From positions 496,001 through 560,000 of the forward strand of contig NW_027271528.1 of NCBI RefSeq assembly GCF_040938485.1: DNA of 64,000 bases. Direction: 5' to 3'. The DNA comes from Diadema antillarum (taxonomy: Eukaryota). The notes beneath the pieces are model-generated. The model worked only from the letters and a program-made list of their open reading frames with translations, was not told the origin of the DNA and did not search any database. The position numbers were made by a program, and so were the translations under genes. Of this stretch, positions 34,216-46,904 are shown piece by piece. The stretch's first letter is position 1, and each line of letters begins with the position of its first letter.

Positions 34216-36424
34216 ATATCACAATTCTTATCACGAATATTACGGCAAACAGTGCAATCACTTTCTTATAAAACATCCACATAAATCAGCTGCCAGAGAA
34301 CACGTCACTTACCAACATCAGTACAGACAATAAGCCAGTTCACAGTTAGCACTAGTCTGCAATGACCTCTTCAACCACAGACTTTGCAAAACATGGAATA
34401 GTCCTCAAGAAGAGCAGTTGAAAACAGTATAATGCAGGAAGTGTTAATTTACATATATCAGTGCTGCATGAATGGCTTTTGTTAATGTTGCTGAAAAGAA
34501 TGCACATTCACCTGTAAGTACCAATCTGCACCTGGTTCATTTACAACACAGTTGTCAAGAAGCCCTATCTAGGTTTTGAATACCTCAGTTGCAAATCCAT
34601 TTCAAGAGAAGGTCTGCAATGGCCTTTATCTGCACATGCTCAGATTGTTACTGTGACCTGGCTTATAACGAGCTTTGGTCTGCGACGCGAATTATTAGCC
34701 AAAAATGGTGTTCTGCACATGCGCAGGACAGCTGTTTAAAATTGTGTCCAAACCGGGAGACTGCGTCGTCTTAGCGTTCGCGTTGTAGATCTAAATCTCG
34801 CTATTATATCTGAGATACTCTATTTAAATGAAAAAGTACGATGAAAGTGGGATAGACTAGCCAGTCTAAACCAAGTCTAAGCAACGTTGCGTTTAAAAAC
34901 ACCATCATCAAGATTTTTATTGTGATCTTGAAATTTCAAGAAAAAAAAATCGATTGCACAAACACATTGTGTTTTCGGTTAGTTTCATTCTGCTTATTTT
35001 CATTTCTAAAACAAAATACAAATGCAATAAAGCATTGTGAAAACACATAATGACACGCAATCAGTACAACAATCAAGGGAAATACTGTGAGATGAAAATT
35101 AATTCGGTAAAAATTGTGACTTTTGAGGGGACTGCTAAAAAGCAGGGCTAGTATAGTATGCAGTCTCCTTATAAAGAATAACTAATTGCTGAAGTAACAA
35201 AATCAGGCAAATTGCCTTAGAAAAAAAGAAAAGAAAGAAAAAAAGTAAAAATAGCATAAAATTAAATGATGTAAAGGCAGCATGAATGCGGAGCGATCGG
35301 GGCCGCAGGGTTGAAATACTTGGAATGCTGTACCAGAAAGGGAAATTTTTGATCATCAAAATACTGGCATGCAGCAGTGTACTGAGTATTTAGCGAAAGA
35401 GCAAGGTCGTGTGACACTAGGAAAAATAAAGTCAACAAACAAATAAACAAAATATAGAGGAAGTAAGTTGAGGGTTGGACGGGGAATAATGCCCGGTATA
35501 CCGCGGCCTTGACTTTGAAAAGAAACAAAAATCAACAACAACGCATCAAGTTTTAATCATGATCACGTATAGGAAAGATGAAAAAAGTGCGCAAATTTAA
35601 CACGCTGAGGGTGTATGCGAGTTGTCTGACGCAGTTCAGCAGACTTCCCTGCGCTTCAAAATGGATGGCTGTGAACTTGGAAAGCGATTAAGAGATTAGC
35701 TTAGATTTTTTAAAAGTGTGCCATCATTACGGCAAGAAAACGGGACAAGGTTGAAGTGCGCGAAGGCAGCACCAGATTGCGCTACATTTCGGGATGACTA
35801 AAAGATCACGGCGCTTCTGCAAAACCCTTTCGCGAGAAGCGGATTTGGGGTGAGGTGAAAAATACGCGGGTGAGTCACCGCAATCCGGGCGTCTGTTTGC
35901 TTTGACGCAGAACAGCAAAAGTAATAAACTGGCACAGACAAAGTGTACAGGCTGAAAAACGTTTCAAAAATCATACCACAACAATGTCGATGAATTTGAT
36001 ATTTTGCGTTCTTTTTTTCGATGACTGTTTGATCTCATTGTTTCTCCATGAAATGGTGAAGAAATCTAGGTTAAACGGATCAAAGCACCTTGATGTGACG
36101 GCTGCAATTTCAACAAGTCATACCCCGTGACATGACAGTGAAAGAGACGTATAGCTGTCAGATAGTTAGTCAACATTGCGCATCTATGCCACAGCTTTAT
36201 ATGTCATGTTGGCTTGGCTTTTATAGATCGTCACTCTGATAAACAAACCTTGCAACGTCTGTTATTCTAGTGCGTCACTGTTACACTCTCATTTTCTTTG
36301 ATCTACATTTTATGTAGTAATAGGCTATTGTGTGAATTGTTTGTTTGTGTGAAGTCCAAGTGTTGTCCCAAGATCGAGATTTTGCCATCGATCGGCGTTT
36401 ATCATCATATAGATGGCAGAGGGG

Positions 36425-37570
36425 AAAAGTGTATGCGAATCGCGCAATTTTTGGACAATGCTTGCCTCTGATTGGCTGACAGTCTGTTTGATAGCGACAT
36501 GTCCTTAATATTAAAGGGCTGCAATGACATCACATGCTCCTCAATGACACAATGCGCGTCATTACACATTATCACGACAATTCATCATATCGCATGATGC
36601 TACTCATCCTTATCGGGGATAAACAAAACAGTAAACAGAAAAGAAAAAAAATATTACTTTCTTTTTAATAATTGGCGCTGAGATATATGTCAGTCAAATC
36701 AAAAGTATTTTCATGATAATAAAACAACGACAATATGCCTAACAACAAAATAACTTTGTTTTGAGTACTGTAGTCATAATGACTATATATACGATTTCAT
36801 GGGGCACTCGTCAGGCAAGGTAATCAAGTCTAATTAATCGTCTTTCTTGTACATATCCACGGTATAATGGTTTTATGTACCTATGGGGTAGTCCTTCGGT
36901 GTTGGCATTCTCTTCCGGTAAGAGTTATAGCGCAACATTACCACGTATACCACTTTTGCACACCTGGGGCGAGAGAGGCATCGTGGACGAGACGGGGTCG
37001 TCTTGTCCATATAAGGATGTGCACACTGGGTAAGGCTCGAACCCGTGGTATACTGTTTAAGAGCCCAGAGTCTTGACCACAGCACCACATTTCCACCGGT
37101 AGCCCCATCTGAGTTGATAAAGCTATTCTTTGAAAGCATTGGCAATCTAATTTCATCCCCCATTATAAGGCTTGATTATCTTACCTGATGAGTGCCCCAT
37201 GGAATCTTATAGTCATTGATGACTACAAAACTCAGAAAAAAAGAGTTATTTTGTTGTTGTTGTCGTTGTTTTATTATCGTCAAAATAATTTTGATTTGAC
37301 TAACAAAATCTCAGCGTCAATTATCAAAAAGAAGTCAATGTTTTTCTTTTCTGTTTCTTGTTTTGTTTATCCCCGACAAGGATAAGTACCTTCATGCAAC
37401 ATGACGAATTGCCATGATAACGTGTAATGACGAGCACTGTGTCATTGAGGATCATGATTGTGATGACATTGCAGCCCTTTACTATAGATGACATGTCACG
37501 ATCAATTAAGACTGTCGGCCGATCAGAGGCAAGCATTGTCCAAAAATTGCCCGTTTCATGTACACTTTTT
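36425..37570. mobile_element. Large diverged inverted-repeat (foldback) element, about 400-bp arms
   Basis: 36425-36830 is the reverse complement of 37170-37570 (e.g. aatttttggacaatgcttgcctctgat / atcagaggcaagcattgtccaaaaatt; atggggcactc / gagtgccccat). Confidence 0.8.
36900..37092 (-). mobile_element. tRNA-derived SINE
   Basis: Minus strand: A-box-like gtggtgctgtggt (37088-37076), B-box GGTTCGAGCC (37043-37034), then a body ...gatgcctctctcgccccaggtgtgc; no tRNA acceptor stem. Confidence 0.65.
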
Positions 37571-37746
37571 TTTTCCTGAGCTCAATATAATGGTAAACAA
37601 CGATTTCACAATTGGTTGTGTACAGGAGGAACTTCGTCAATGCAGAGGGATTGGCATGTACATAATCAGGATTACCTTGTGCGTAGAGTTAAGAATAGTT
37701 TCAACTGACGAAAGTCTCTTCGGGAATATAAGAAACATAACGGAAC

Positions 37747-37749
<3 letters not shown>

Positions 37750-37799
<50 letters not shown>

Positions 37800-38001
37800 T
37801 GAAATTTCACGTCTTGGCTCCACGAAGAAATGAAGAATGGTCAATAAAGCATGTTATGAGTAGGACGCAGAAAATTTGAGTCGAATAAATTCATGCTTTA
37901 TTAGCCAAAAATGCATTACCAGTTCGTTTTTTCATACTTGCTTCCAAAAGGCGCTAAATCCATTGAAGAATGATGGATTTAGCGCCTTTTGTAAACAAGC
38001 T

Positions 38002-38059
<58 letters not shown>

Positions 38060-38237
38060 TTATATACATAATGGTATTATTATCCGCGTGTTGGAATAAG
38101 AGCATGAAGACGATGAAGACAAACAAGTTGACATAATGCATTAGAATCCAACTTCATTTATTTATTTATTTATTTTTTTTTACAAATAAATGAAGTTGGA
38201 TTCTAATGCATTATGTCAACTTGTTTGTCTTCATCGT

Positions 38238-38285
<48 letters not shown>

Positions 38286-38364
38286 GTATATATATATTTA
38301 GATAAAGACATAAGAATAGGTATCATGATTGTTAAATCACGTATGAGATGTCCATTGTCTGTCA

Positions 38365-38423
<59 letters not shown>
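37750..38423. repeat. Cluster of (TA)n tracts ending in (GA)n, with interspersed hairpins
   Basis: (TA)n at about 37750-37791, 38005-38058, 38241-38298 and 38365-38388; (GA)n to 38423. Confidence 0.95.
38107..38240. repeat. Perfect 57-bp-arm hairpin
   Basis: 38107-38163 is the exact reverse complement of 38184-38240; 20-nt A/T loop. Confidence 0.95.
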
Positions 38424-38426
<3 letters not shown>

Positions 38427-38569
38427 TTAGACAGACTAAAGAAGTAGAATGTCATTTGCAATTGACGACAAAACAATTCCGATGTAGAGCAGTTTACACT
38501 GTTTCAAAAATACATGCACTTCAATGAAGTAATAACAGTATAGAGAGAGAGAAGAAAAACTTGAACTGA

Positions 38570-38960
38570 ATTGATTTGTTTTGATTTGATTTATTCACAG
38601 AATCCATAGGTACACATTATACGTAAATATATTTAGTTTGTTCATGGTATATGTCATATACATTTTGTGTGGATCGTCATAAGTTATTAAAAACTTGACT
38701 GGAACGTCCAGGAGATACAACTTATACACAATTTTATGTACATGAACATTATAATAAAAATGTAATGAACAATCAGTATAAGTTTCAGAGTTAGGGATAA
38801 TTGTGATAAACTTGTCTATGCGTTTTCACAACATCTAAGCAAAATAAAATTTAATGTGTGAGTGATGAGCTACGGCTGCTATCAATGTCATCTGCCCCTA
38901 AAAGAGTTTGAGACTATTAAAAGACATTTGACAATATTCAACACGTGGAATTTAATCATG
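38570..38960 (-). mobile_element. Probable LINE 3' fragment with pentanucleotide tail
   Basis: (tttga)n-type tail followed by tttatt on the plus strand; AT-rich 3'UTR-like body. Confidence 0.35.
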
Positions 38961-39081
38961 GTGATTGTTTCCTCGCTGTAAACTAGCCTCACTTCAGACT
39001 TGCTTCAAATCGTAAATTTCCTTTCTATTGTGCCAAAAGATTTATGACATTTCAAATCCACATAATATTTCATATAACTCA

Positions 39082-39086
<5 letters not shown>

Positions 39087-39120
<34 letters not shown>
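39087..39120. repeat. (CA)n microsatellite
   Basis: Perfect dinucleotide run. Confidence 0.95.
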
Positions 39121-39122
<2 letters not shown>

Positions 39123-39404
39123 CAAAACTCACCTTCCAAAACCATTCAAGAAAACAGTACAAAAAGGCACATGGAAACAAATCAAAACAAATCGAAAACA
39201 AGGTCCTACAAACTTGCTGTATTAGACTCACTTCAGTCGTTCTTCAAGAGAGAAAAGAAAGGTGAATATACTTCAAGATAAATTGACGGATTTGGTTTAA
39301 ACGGAGAATCCATCATGTCCACATGTTATCGACTCTTTTGAGGAGGACCAAAACTAGGGCATGTCTCGTCACCCTCTTAAAATGTGAAAAGGTCACCTGA
39401 TTAC

Positions 39405-39520
39405 GGAGGAGTCACGTGGCCAGACTGTCGCGTCGAATTAGACCTCGCGTTAAGCAAGATGACGCTGAACGTGAGACCAATCAGAGAGCCTGATGTTTGA
39501 AGTGGGCGTGTCCAGATGTA
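39405..39520. promoter_or_regulatory. Promoter-like motif cluster
   Basis: GTCACGTGG 39411, CCAAT 39477, GGGCGTGTC 39504; CpG-rich. Confidence 0.35.
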
Positions 39521-40434
39521 CCGAATCATTTTTTAAAAGGGGTGAGGAGAAAGATAGATAAAGGGCTTCAAAACTAAGCTGATGTATCTGAAAGAAGAGG
39601 AATTATAGAGAACATTCAGGATTTCATACAAATATCCTTCAGATGATACTGGAGTGCAAGGATATTATGAAAATGCTTTGTTAGTCGTATGAATAATTAA
39701 GTTACATCGCTTTTGGTTTGATCTTGAACAGTTACTTAAGCACAAAAATAAACTCACTTATTTCTGAGATTAGAGAGCTATAATTGATCAAACTCTGATT
39801 TCCAAACTTTTCTGAGGAGTTAACATACACAAAACAAAAGAAAACAAAATGAAGCAAAAAAAAAGTTAGACAAAAGAAAATCAAACAAGAAATCATTTCA
39901 AAGGATAACACTCGTCCTCGAACTTCAGTTCCTTTCTTCTTTGGTGTCAAAAGCTTTCTAACATTGCCCCACATTTACAACGTACTCTCAAGCACAAACA
40001 TACACACAAAATAAAACTTACCTCGCAAAAACACATAAGAAAACAATACAAAGTGGAACTTAAAAAATGAAAATGAAATTACAAGGATTTGGGACCATTT
40101 TAGCTACAGTGAGTCAATTTCTTGTCGGGACCCCCTGAGGACTGACTTAAATGGCATGGACATCGAACATGAGACAAGATCAGATACGAGGACCTTGATT
40201 TGTAAACATTAATGGAATTTAGAGAAAATGGCCCGATTTTGATCAAAGTGGCTGGTGGAAAGAAATTGGCATCATTGAATAAGCCAATGTCCTACAAAAT
40301 GTGTTGATGACAGTAAACATTGAAACGTATAGAAAATACGAAGTGTATGAGGAAGTAGAACGTGAATAAAAACATCAGTAAAACTATTAGCCTACTGTTC
40401 AATTTTTTTTCTATATATTTCATGTCTTAATGCT

Positions 40435-40578
40435 NNNNNNNNNNNNNNNNNNNNNNNNNNNNNNNNNNNNNNNNNNNNNNNNNNNNNNNNNNNNNNNNNN
40501 NNNNNNNNNNNNNNNNNNNNNNNNNNNNNNNNNNNNNNNNNNNNNNNNNNNNNNNNNNNNNNNNNNNNNNNNNNNNNN
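40435..40578. other. Assembly gap
   Basis: Run of N. Confidence 0.99.
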
Positions 40579-42937
40579 TGTCAAATATTTCCGATATTTG
40601 ACTTTTTCCTGTTCTCTTAAAAACAAACTGCAATCGCGACTGAGAAGCATGAAAACATTAGATATTGTTGTAAAAGAATCCTTGTCTGAAGATACAAGTA
40701 TTATGTGACCTTCATAGAGCGAGGGTATGATTCAATTCAATTCAATTCAATTCAAAGTTTATTTCATTTTTCGACAAAACATATAAGTTACACTTCTTTT
40801 GGCAACAGAGAATAAGGTAAACAGAACATTATTTATCGAAAAGAATATACAACAATTGAGGAGGACCACATAGTAATTATACATTGTAGTAAAAAAAACA
40901 CAGAAGTGATCGAAATATGGTACATGTATAACTTTGCTTAAAGTGCGAAAAATGGAGAGATCCGTCAGACTAATCAATGGTTATGTAGCTTTACGTTTTC
41001 TGTATAGATGTGGTCATTTTTCAAGGTTTGGCCAGTCTTATTCTGTTAGGCTGCATAAAAAATAGCAGCACTGGCAAGAAATGTTTCCATACGAACAGCT
41101 GGCCAGTCTATAAGGGGGTTGAAGGGGCTCTGTTGTTCCGTTACAGTCCCCCGCCCCCCACGTACACCTCCTTAAGAACTGTTTGTCCCTTTTCTCCCTC
41201 TTTAGACCTCCCTGAGCGTTCTTTCGTTTCGCACCTCACCTCCAGGGCTGTGAAAAGACGGAATGGCTTGATTGAGCGATGTCGAGCTTGGCAATGACGT
41301 CTGAACCCTTAACCGCTAACGAGTCGCCCCGAATGTAGGGCCCGCGGCAAGGGGTTCACGGTGGAGTCCTAACGGGAATGCTCATGGGCGTCAACACACA
41401 TGTTAGAACCGTTGGAACCAATTTGACGTTTGCGCCATCCCCTTTTCCTCTGAGCCACCCATACGCTTGCCTTGGAATAGTTTCATCATCATCATCTTCT
41501 TCTTCTTCCCCGATGTCGTTTTCTTTTCTTTTGTTAAAGATTGAAGGAAAAACCGTAACGAATGAGAGACCAAATGCATATTTACATGAAACGAAGCGTG
41601 TAATAAGTTGCAGAAAAACTGTAACATGATACTTCGAGTACAAGACTCTTTGCATCAACTGGGGGAAATAGAGCGATGCGTAACATGTGGGGACTTCTGA
41701 TACATGGATTCTTTAGTCCGCAAAGATCGCGTGTAAGGCGGGAAGCTGTGCTGTGAAAGGAAGGGGGAGGGGTAGGGGCTGAACATGAATTCACACTTCC
41801 CTTTTGTATTGGCTGGATGTTCGCGTATGTATCAGATTTTAAGGCATCTGAAGTAGACCTACTTAAAATAATAACTGCAATTTAGCACCAATGACTTGTA
41901 TGACTTTTAAAATCACGCCAGCAAAGTCGATCGTGGAAATGTCATACAAATCGGACTTGAAATAAATGTTGTCACTTATATTTGTGATGTTGCTCTCGAC
42001 AACGTCTGCAGAAAGTAGCCAGTGTCATGCACAAAAATACCAATATTAATCTTGTTTTTTGGTTTGCTTGTTTGTTTGTTTTTGGTGGATAACCTATATA
42101 GTAAGAACTAGGTCCTCTTGTCCTGAAATCCATGCATCACTGTTTTATCTCATTGCAACACAACGTATCATTTGATGCTCGGGACACAAGTTTTTCGTTT
42201 TCATATAAATGAATGTCAGAACAAAAATAGATTAAGTGAAGACTTAAGATAAAGCCAACAGGAAACTCATAAAGCCATAGCATCAACATTTCATGCAAAC
42301 TGCATAACTCCATGTGGTTCCTGCGAAAAATCATACTTGCTTGTGTGTTTTTTTTAACATGTGAAACTTACGATATCCATCAATATCCATAACTTTGTTA
42401 TTTCATACGTTCGATTTTGATGTAACGTCAGCCATTCTGTTCGCCTGATTCTGCTCTTTATCTTTTGCAGCCAATCTGAGTATGGTGTGGATTTGGGCGG
42501 GAAATAGTTAATAGATTGTTGACAAATAGGAAGACAGACTGTCAGACAGACAGTCAGACAGACAGATATATGACTAGGCAGAGAGAAACAGAGTGAGTAT
42601 ATCGTTATTGTAGATTGATTGTAACGTATTAGTTGATCACGTTGAGTCAGAACTTGATGTGATATAAGGTGAATTCTCCGTTTAATGTTCTATTCGTAAC
42701 ATCATTTATATATTTAATACTATCATTGTGTAGGTTACTATTGTTGTGGTGTAAGTTGCATGCATTCTCCGTTTAATGTTGTATCATCGTATTAAAAGTA
42801 CATGTATTATCATGTATCACTATTATTTTGTAAAGTTACCATTGTGTAAGGAGTTACATCTTCAAAGTCCCATTATCTTTAAGAAGTTACTATTTTCGAA
42901 TGAGAAGTTATCTTTATCATACAAGATACAATTATCG

Positions 42938-43636
42938 GGTTCACGTCACGAATTCGACGCCCACGAGTCATACAGACTCACGAATAACACAGCCCACAAG
43001 TCATACAGCCCATGAGTTCGACACTAGGTAAATAAGGCCCATGAGTAAGATAATAGGCAAACAAGACCCACGTGTTCGACACTATTATATTATAATCCAA
43101 AACGGCCCACGAGACCGACACATTAAGCCCCGTGATGTAATGTCGATCAATTCAATTCAATTCAATTCAATTCAATTCAATTCAATAAAGGTTTGTTCAT
43201 AATATTTAAAACAAGAACATTCAGCTCAAAAGCTGAAATTGTTCATTTTACAAAACACATACTACATTGAAAAATACATTTGTTGAAATTAGCTATCAAT
43301 ATGACGAAAACACTGTACAAGTGGTGAACAAGATTGAAACGGTTAAATAAAAATAATCATAAGCCATATAATAGCCTTACAAGGCATGGACAGGTTGGGT
43401 TTCTAAAGCATGAAATGATCGAGTTTCAAAAACCATTTAACATGAAATAATCATTATGAATATACACCACAAAAGAGGTCTCGTGGGCCTTTAACTTTTA
43501 CATCTTGCCGAACTCGTGGACCTTGTTTGCCTAATGTCGAACTCATACAACTGACTGTATGACTCCCTGAACCTATTTTCGAAGTCGAACTCGTGGGCCG
43601 TATGACTCGTGGGTGTCGGTCTCGTGGGATATGACC
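42938..43636. mobile_element. MULE-like non-autonomous element with a nested LINE-tail insertion
   Basis: Inverted subterminal arrays of cccacgagt..cgacac (left) and gtcg..ctcgtggg (right); flanks acaattatcg / acaaattatcg; (TTCAA)n-tailed insert at about 43148-43445. Confidence 0.7.
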
Positions 43637-44202
43637 ACAAATTATCGTGCAGCACGTTATCATTTTAAGTGATCATGACGCATAATCCACAGAACCATTA
43701 TCGTTTAAAAACTTTGCCATTACCGTGATAGGGAGTTCCATTATAGTATAAGAAACTACTATTTATCATCTGAATTTGCTCATTGCTCACATGTCATATA
43801 AGTTCATACACATTGCTTAATGGTTTACATGAATAACGCTCCAGATTTAATGTTTCGATCCATGATGAAAGGCAAAAAATCTGTTACCAAAATCGGAAGA
43901 ACAAAACGTTAAACCCAAGTAGGATGTGCGATGATTGTCATTGTACCATGTTGTAAGAAGTGAGAAATTTGTCATTATCGATGTGAAAAGAAGTTATCAG
44001 CATATTATTTTCAATTTGTTGTCGGTCCGTTAGGAACATTGGTACTTGGTACAGTAGAATCTGTACTGTAACAAATAAGATGGGGGCCTATCCACCTCAT
44101 GCTCTGATTGTGTTATCATGATATTTCTCCCTCGTTTGCGTGTGACTATAGGGTGTATATAGTTACTGTGTTATTAGGGATAGTGCAAATTGACAAGTCT
44201 TG

Positions 44203-44450
44203 TTCAGTTCAGTTCAGTTCAGTTTTTATTTCTGCATTTCAAAATCAATACAAATCAACAAATCAACAAAATACTTACATAGTCATTTACACAGCTAATA
44301 TTCGTAACGTTTGGATCTTACATACATTTTCTTTTCTTTTTTTCAAGAACGAATATCATATATGAAAGGAAGCAATAGGAAATGATAAAAATGAAATGCA
44401 GGGGACCATCATCATAAGCTAAGCTTGACGAGGATGATGGCCCCAGGTAA
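44203..44450 (-). mobile_element. Probable L2/CR1-type LINE 3' end
   Basis: Minus strand AATAAA plus (AACTG)n tail; stem-loop ggggaccatcatc...gatgatggcccc at 44401-44444. Confidence 0.4.
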
Positions 44451-44454
44451 AGAA

Positions 44455-44572
44455 ATACATAAAGAAAATCTTGCCACTCACTGAGTGGGGGGGTAATTGT
44501 GCAAAGGGCACAATAAAGAGATACATAAAGAAAATCTTGCCACTCACTGAGTGGGAAGTAATTGTGCGAAGG
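44455..44572. repeat. 66-bp tandem duplication with an internal palindrome
   Basis: atacataaagaaaatcttgccactcactgagtggg..gtaattgtgc at 44455 and 44521. Confidence 0.9.
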
Positions 44573-46199
44573 ACGTGCGGTGCAGTGCGGTGTGCATTGT
44601 GCTGGGATGAATCTTGGTTTTTACGTTGAGTGTTATTTTGTGTATCAGTGTGATGAGGTGAATGTTACTTCAGTTATGGCCGTGAACTCATTGTTTAGGG
44701 TGTTTGTTGACCAGGTGGTATGAATATTTGTATTGATTTGTATCTTCTGAAATATTCTAAATTTATATCTACCATAAATGAAGAAAAAAGAAGGAATAAA
44801 AAAAGAAAAATACAACCATAATGTTACTGTCATTGTGTAAGAACTTCTTAGTATCCTCTCAGAAGTTACCACTATCGTGTAAAGAAATTATATATCCCAT
44901 TATGGAATGAGAAATTACCTTAATCGCATGAACAAATTACTTCATTTCCACTGTTATGTAAATTCATGTACATTGCCTAAGGGCGTATGTACATGTATAT
45001 AATTCCAGAAACAGTTGTCGGTCATCATGAATAGAGAGAGAGAAAAAAATGCAAGGGGCGATTGTACTTTTACTCTGTCGGAAATAACGGCTTTCTTGGA
45101 GGGGAAATCTCCTCCATCGGCACGTTGTAGGAAGCTATCGGGGGAAGAGGGCGGCCGAACTCGGCACGCGATCCCTAGGCGGCGCGGCACTGCTGTCTTT
45201 CCCCCATGTAGATCGACAATCATGTCTCTCTTGTAATATACTGTCACTCATATCTCTCTCTCCCTCCCTATCTATCTCTTTCTCTCTCCCCCTTCTCTAC
45301 AGCTGAGACATAACTTGATGAAATATCACCTGCAGTTTGGGTTTTCTCGCTAATTGTTTTGTCATTGCGAACAAAGTGGCGGGTTGACAGTGAACTGAAG
45401 GATACGGTGTGGGCGCAGGCAGCGAGGATTTGGTTACAGGACGAGAAAAATTTCATAGTCATTCTGGACAGCTTATCATAATTTTCTTCTTTTTTTTTGG
45501 CGTTGCGTGCTAAAGTTAGTCTCTTGCAGGTAATAGGATTTTAGACTCCATTGCACATTAACAAAATTATGAGATTATGTGGCCCTGATCATCATTTAAA
45601 TCTTATTTTCATTCATCTTAATATCATGTGACGTTACAGGATAGGGATGATTCATTTTCCAGTAAAAACATGATTTTTTTCCCTCTGCGGTATATTACAA
45701 GCTTAGAATGTTAGAATATTTGAAGCTTGAGAACAAAGCATCGAAGAAAGCTAGTGCACGTGCATATGTACAGTTAGGAGATTGTACGAATGTGACCGTG
45801 AGGCCTTTTGTTCATTATTTTCTCCATTTCCTTTCGTATAGTGAGCTTTTAAAAGATAAAATGACGTATCTGATAAGAGAGATACTCCCCAATTAACTTC
45901 TTTTTAGTGTTTCTTTCCCTGTCTTTATCATCTTCAAACTTTCAAAAAGCTATTTGATGCATGGAATAGAGCGACGCCAGTGATGAGATGTAAAGCAAAA
46001 ATTACACAGCGAAATCATGATTAATTTATAAGAGTCTAATGGCAAATACGGCATGTGCTTTTAGTTGTTATTTCAATCGTAAAGTAAGGCCGTTTCTTTA
46101 AAGCAACTTTGAATAATTCTACCAGTGTGTGACCTTTTACATGAGACAAGCATTTATCAATTGTGAAAAGATTTTCTGTTAACCCCCCCCCCCCCAGGA

Positions 46200-46296
46200 A
46201 ATTATATAATAATTGTGCAATTCGATTGTTGATATGGTGATTAGTAATCTTCTCGAACCTAATTCTTGAATCAACCCTCCCCAAAGGAAAACACAA
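46200..46296 (-). pseudogene. Possible degenerate CR1/L2 reverse-transcriptase fragment
   Basis: LGRVDSRIRFEKITNHHINNR resembles the LGVxxDxxLxFxxHI motif at the RT C-terminus. Confidence 0.25.
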
Positions 46297-46819
46297 ACCA
46301 TAAGGACAAAATGAAAGAGCAAGAAGAAAGAATTATATAAACACGACAGGAATGTAAATAAAAAAGGGGAATGAATTGAGTTTGATTTAAGGTTACTGTG
46401 TGCTAGTGTGTGTTGAGAAAGTGGGCTGAAAGCCTCTTAGCTGTATCGAAGAGCGAAATCGGAATCGCTCGATTCCCACCTCCCTGACATGACCAGGTTC
46501 ACCTTTATAAGTGGTCTAGCGTCCTCTACGACTCGGTGGACCTTATCCTCATAGTCCATTTTTTATTGTCAATTGTAGAACTCACATGTTGTTATTCACT
46601 CTGTAGGAACACAATGGTGACAATGGCTTTCAATAGAGCGTTTTGATGATGGGAAATGAATAGCTGACCTTGTCTTTTTTTTTCTGAACATTTCTGTCAA
46701 AAGACAGAAATTCACAGGAAGTTTTATGCCTAAGCTTGAATATTCGTCAGTTGTAGAGGTAAACTTATTTTGTAGTTCTACGTCAGCAATGCTTCTAGTA
46801 CATATGATGGAAGCGAATT

Positions 46820-46903
<84 letters not shown>
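46820..46903. repeat. (CTAT)n microsatellite
   Basis: Perfect tetranucleotide run. Confidence 0.95.

Positions 46904-46904
<1 letters not shown>

Noticed and set aside
37034-37090. tRNA gene
   Set aside because: It has A/B boxes but no cloverleaf or acceptor stem and continues into a SINE-like body.
40130-40270. Possible RTE-LINE C-terminal remnant (LKWHGH...)
   Set aside because: Motif spacing is wrong and frames are broken; too weak to call.
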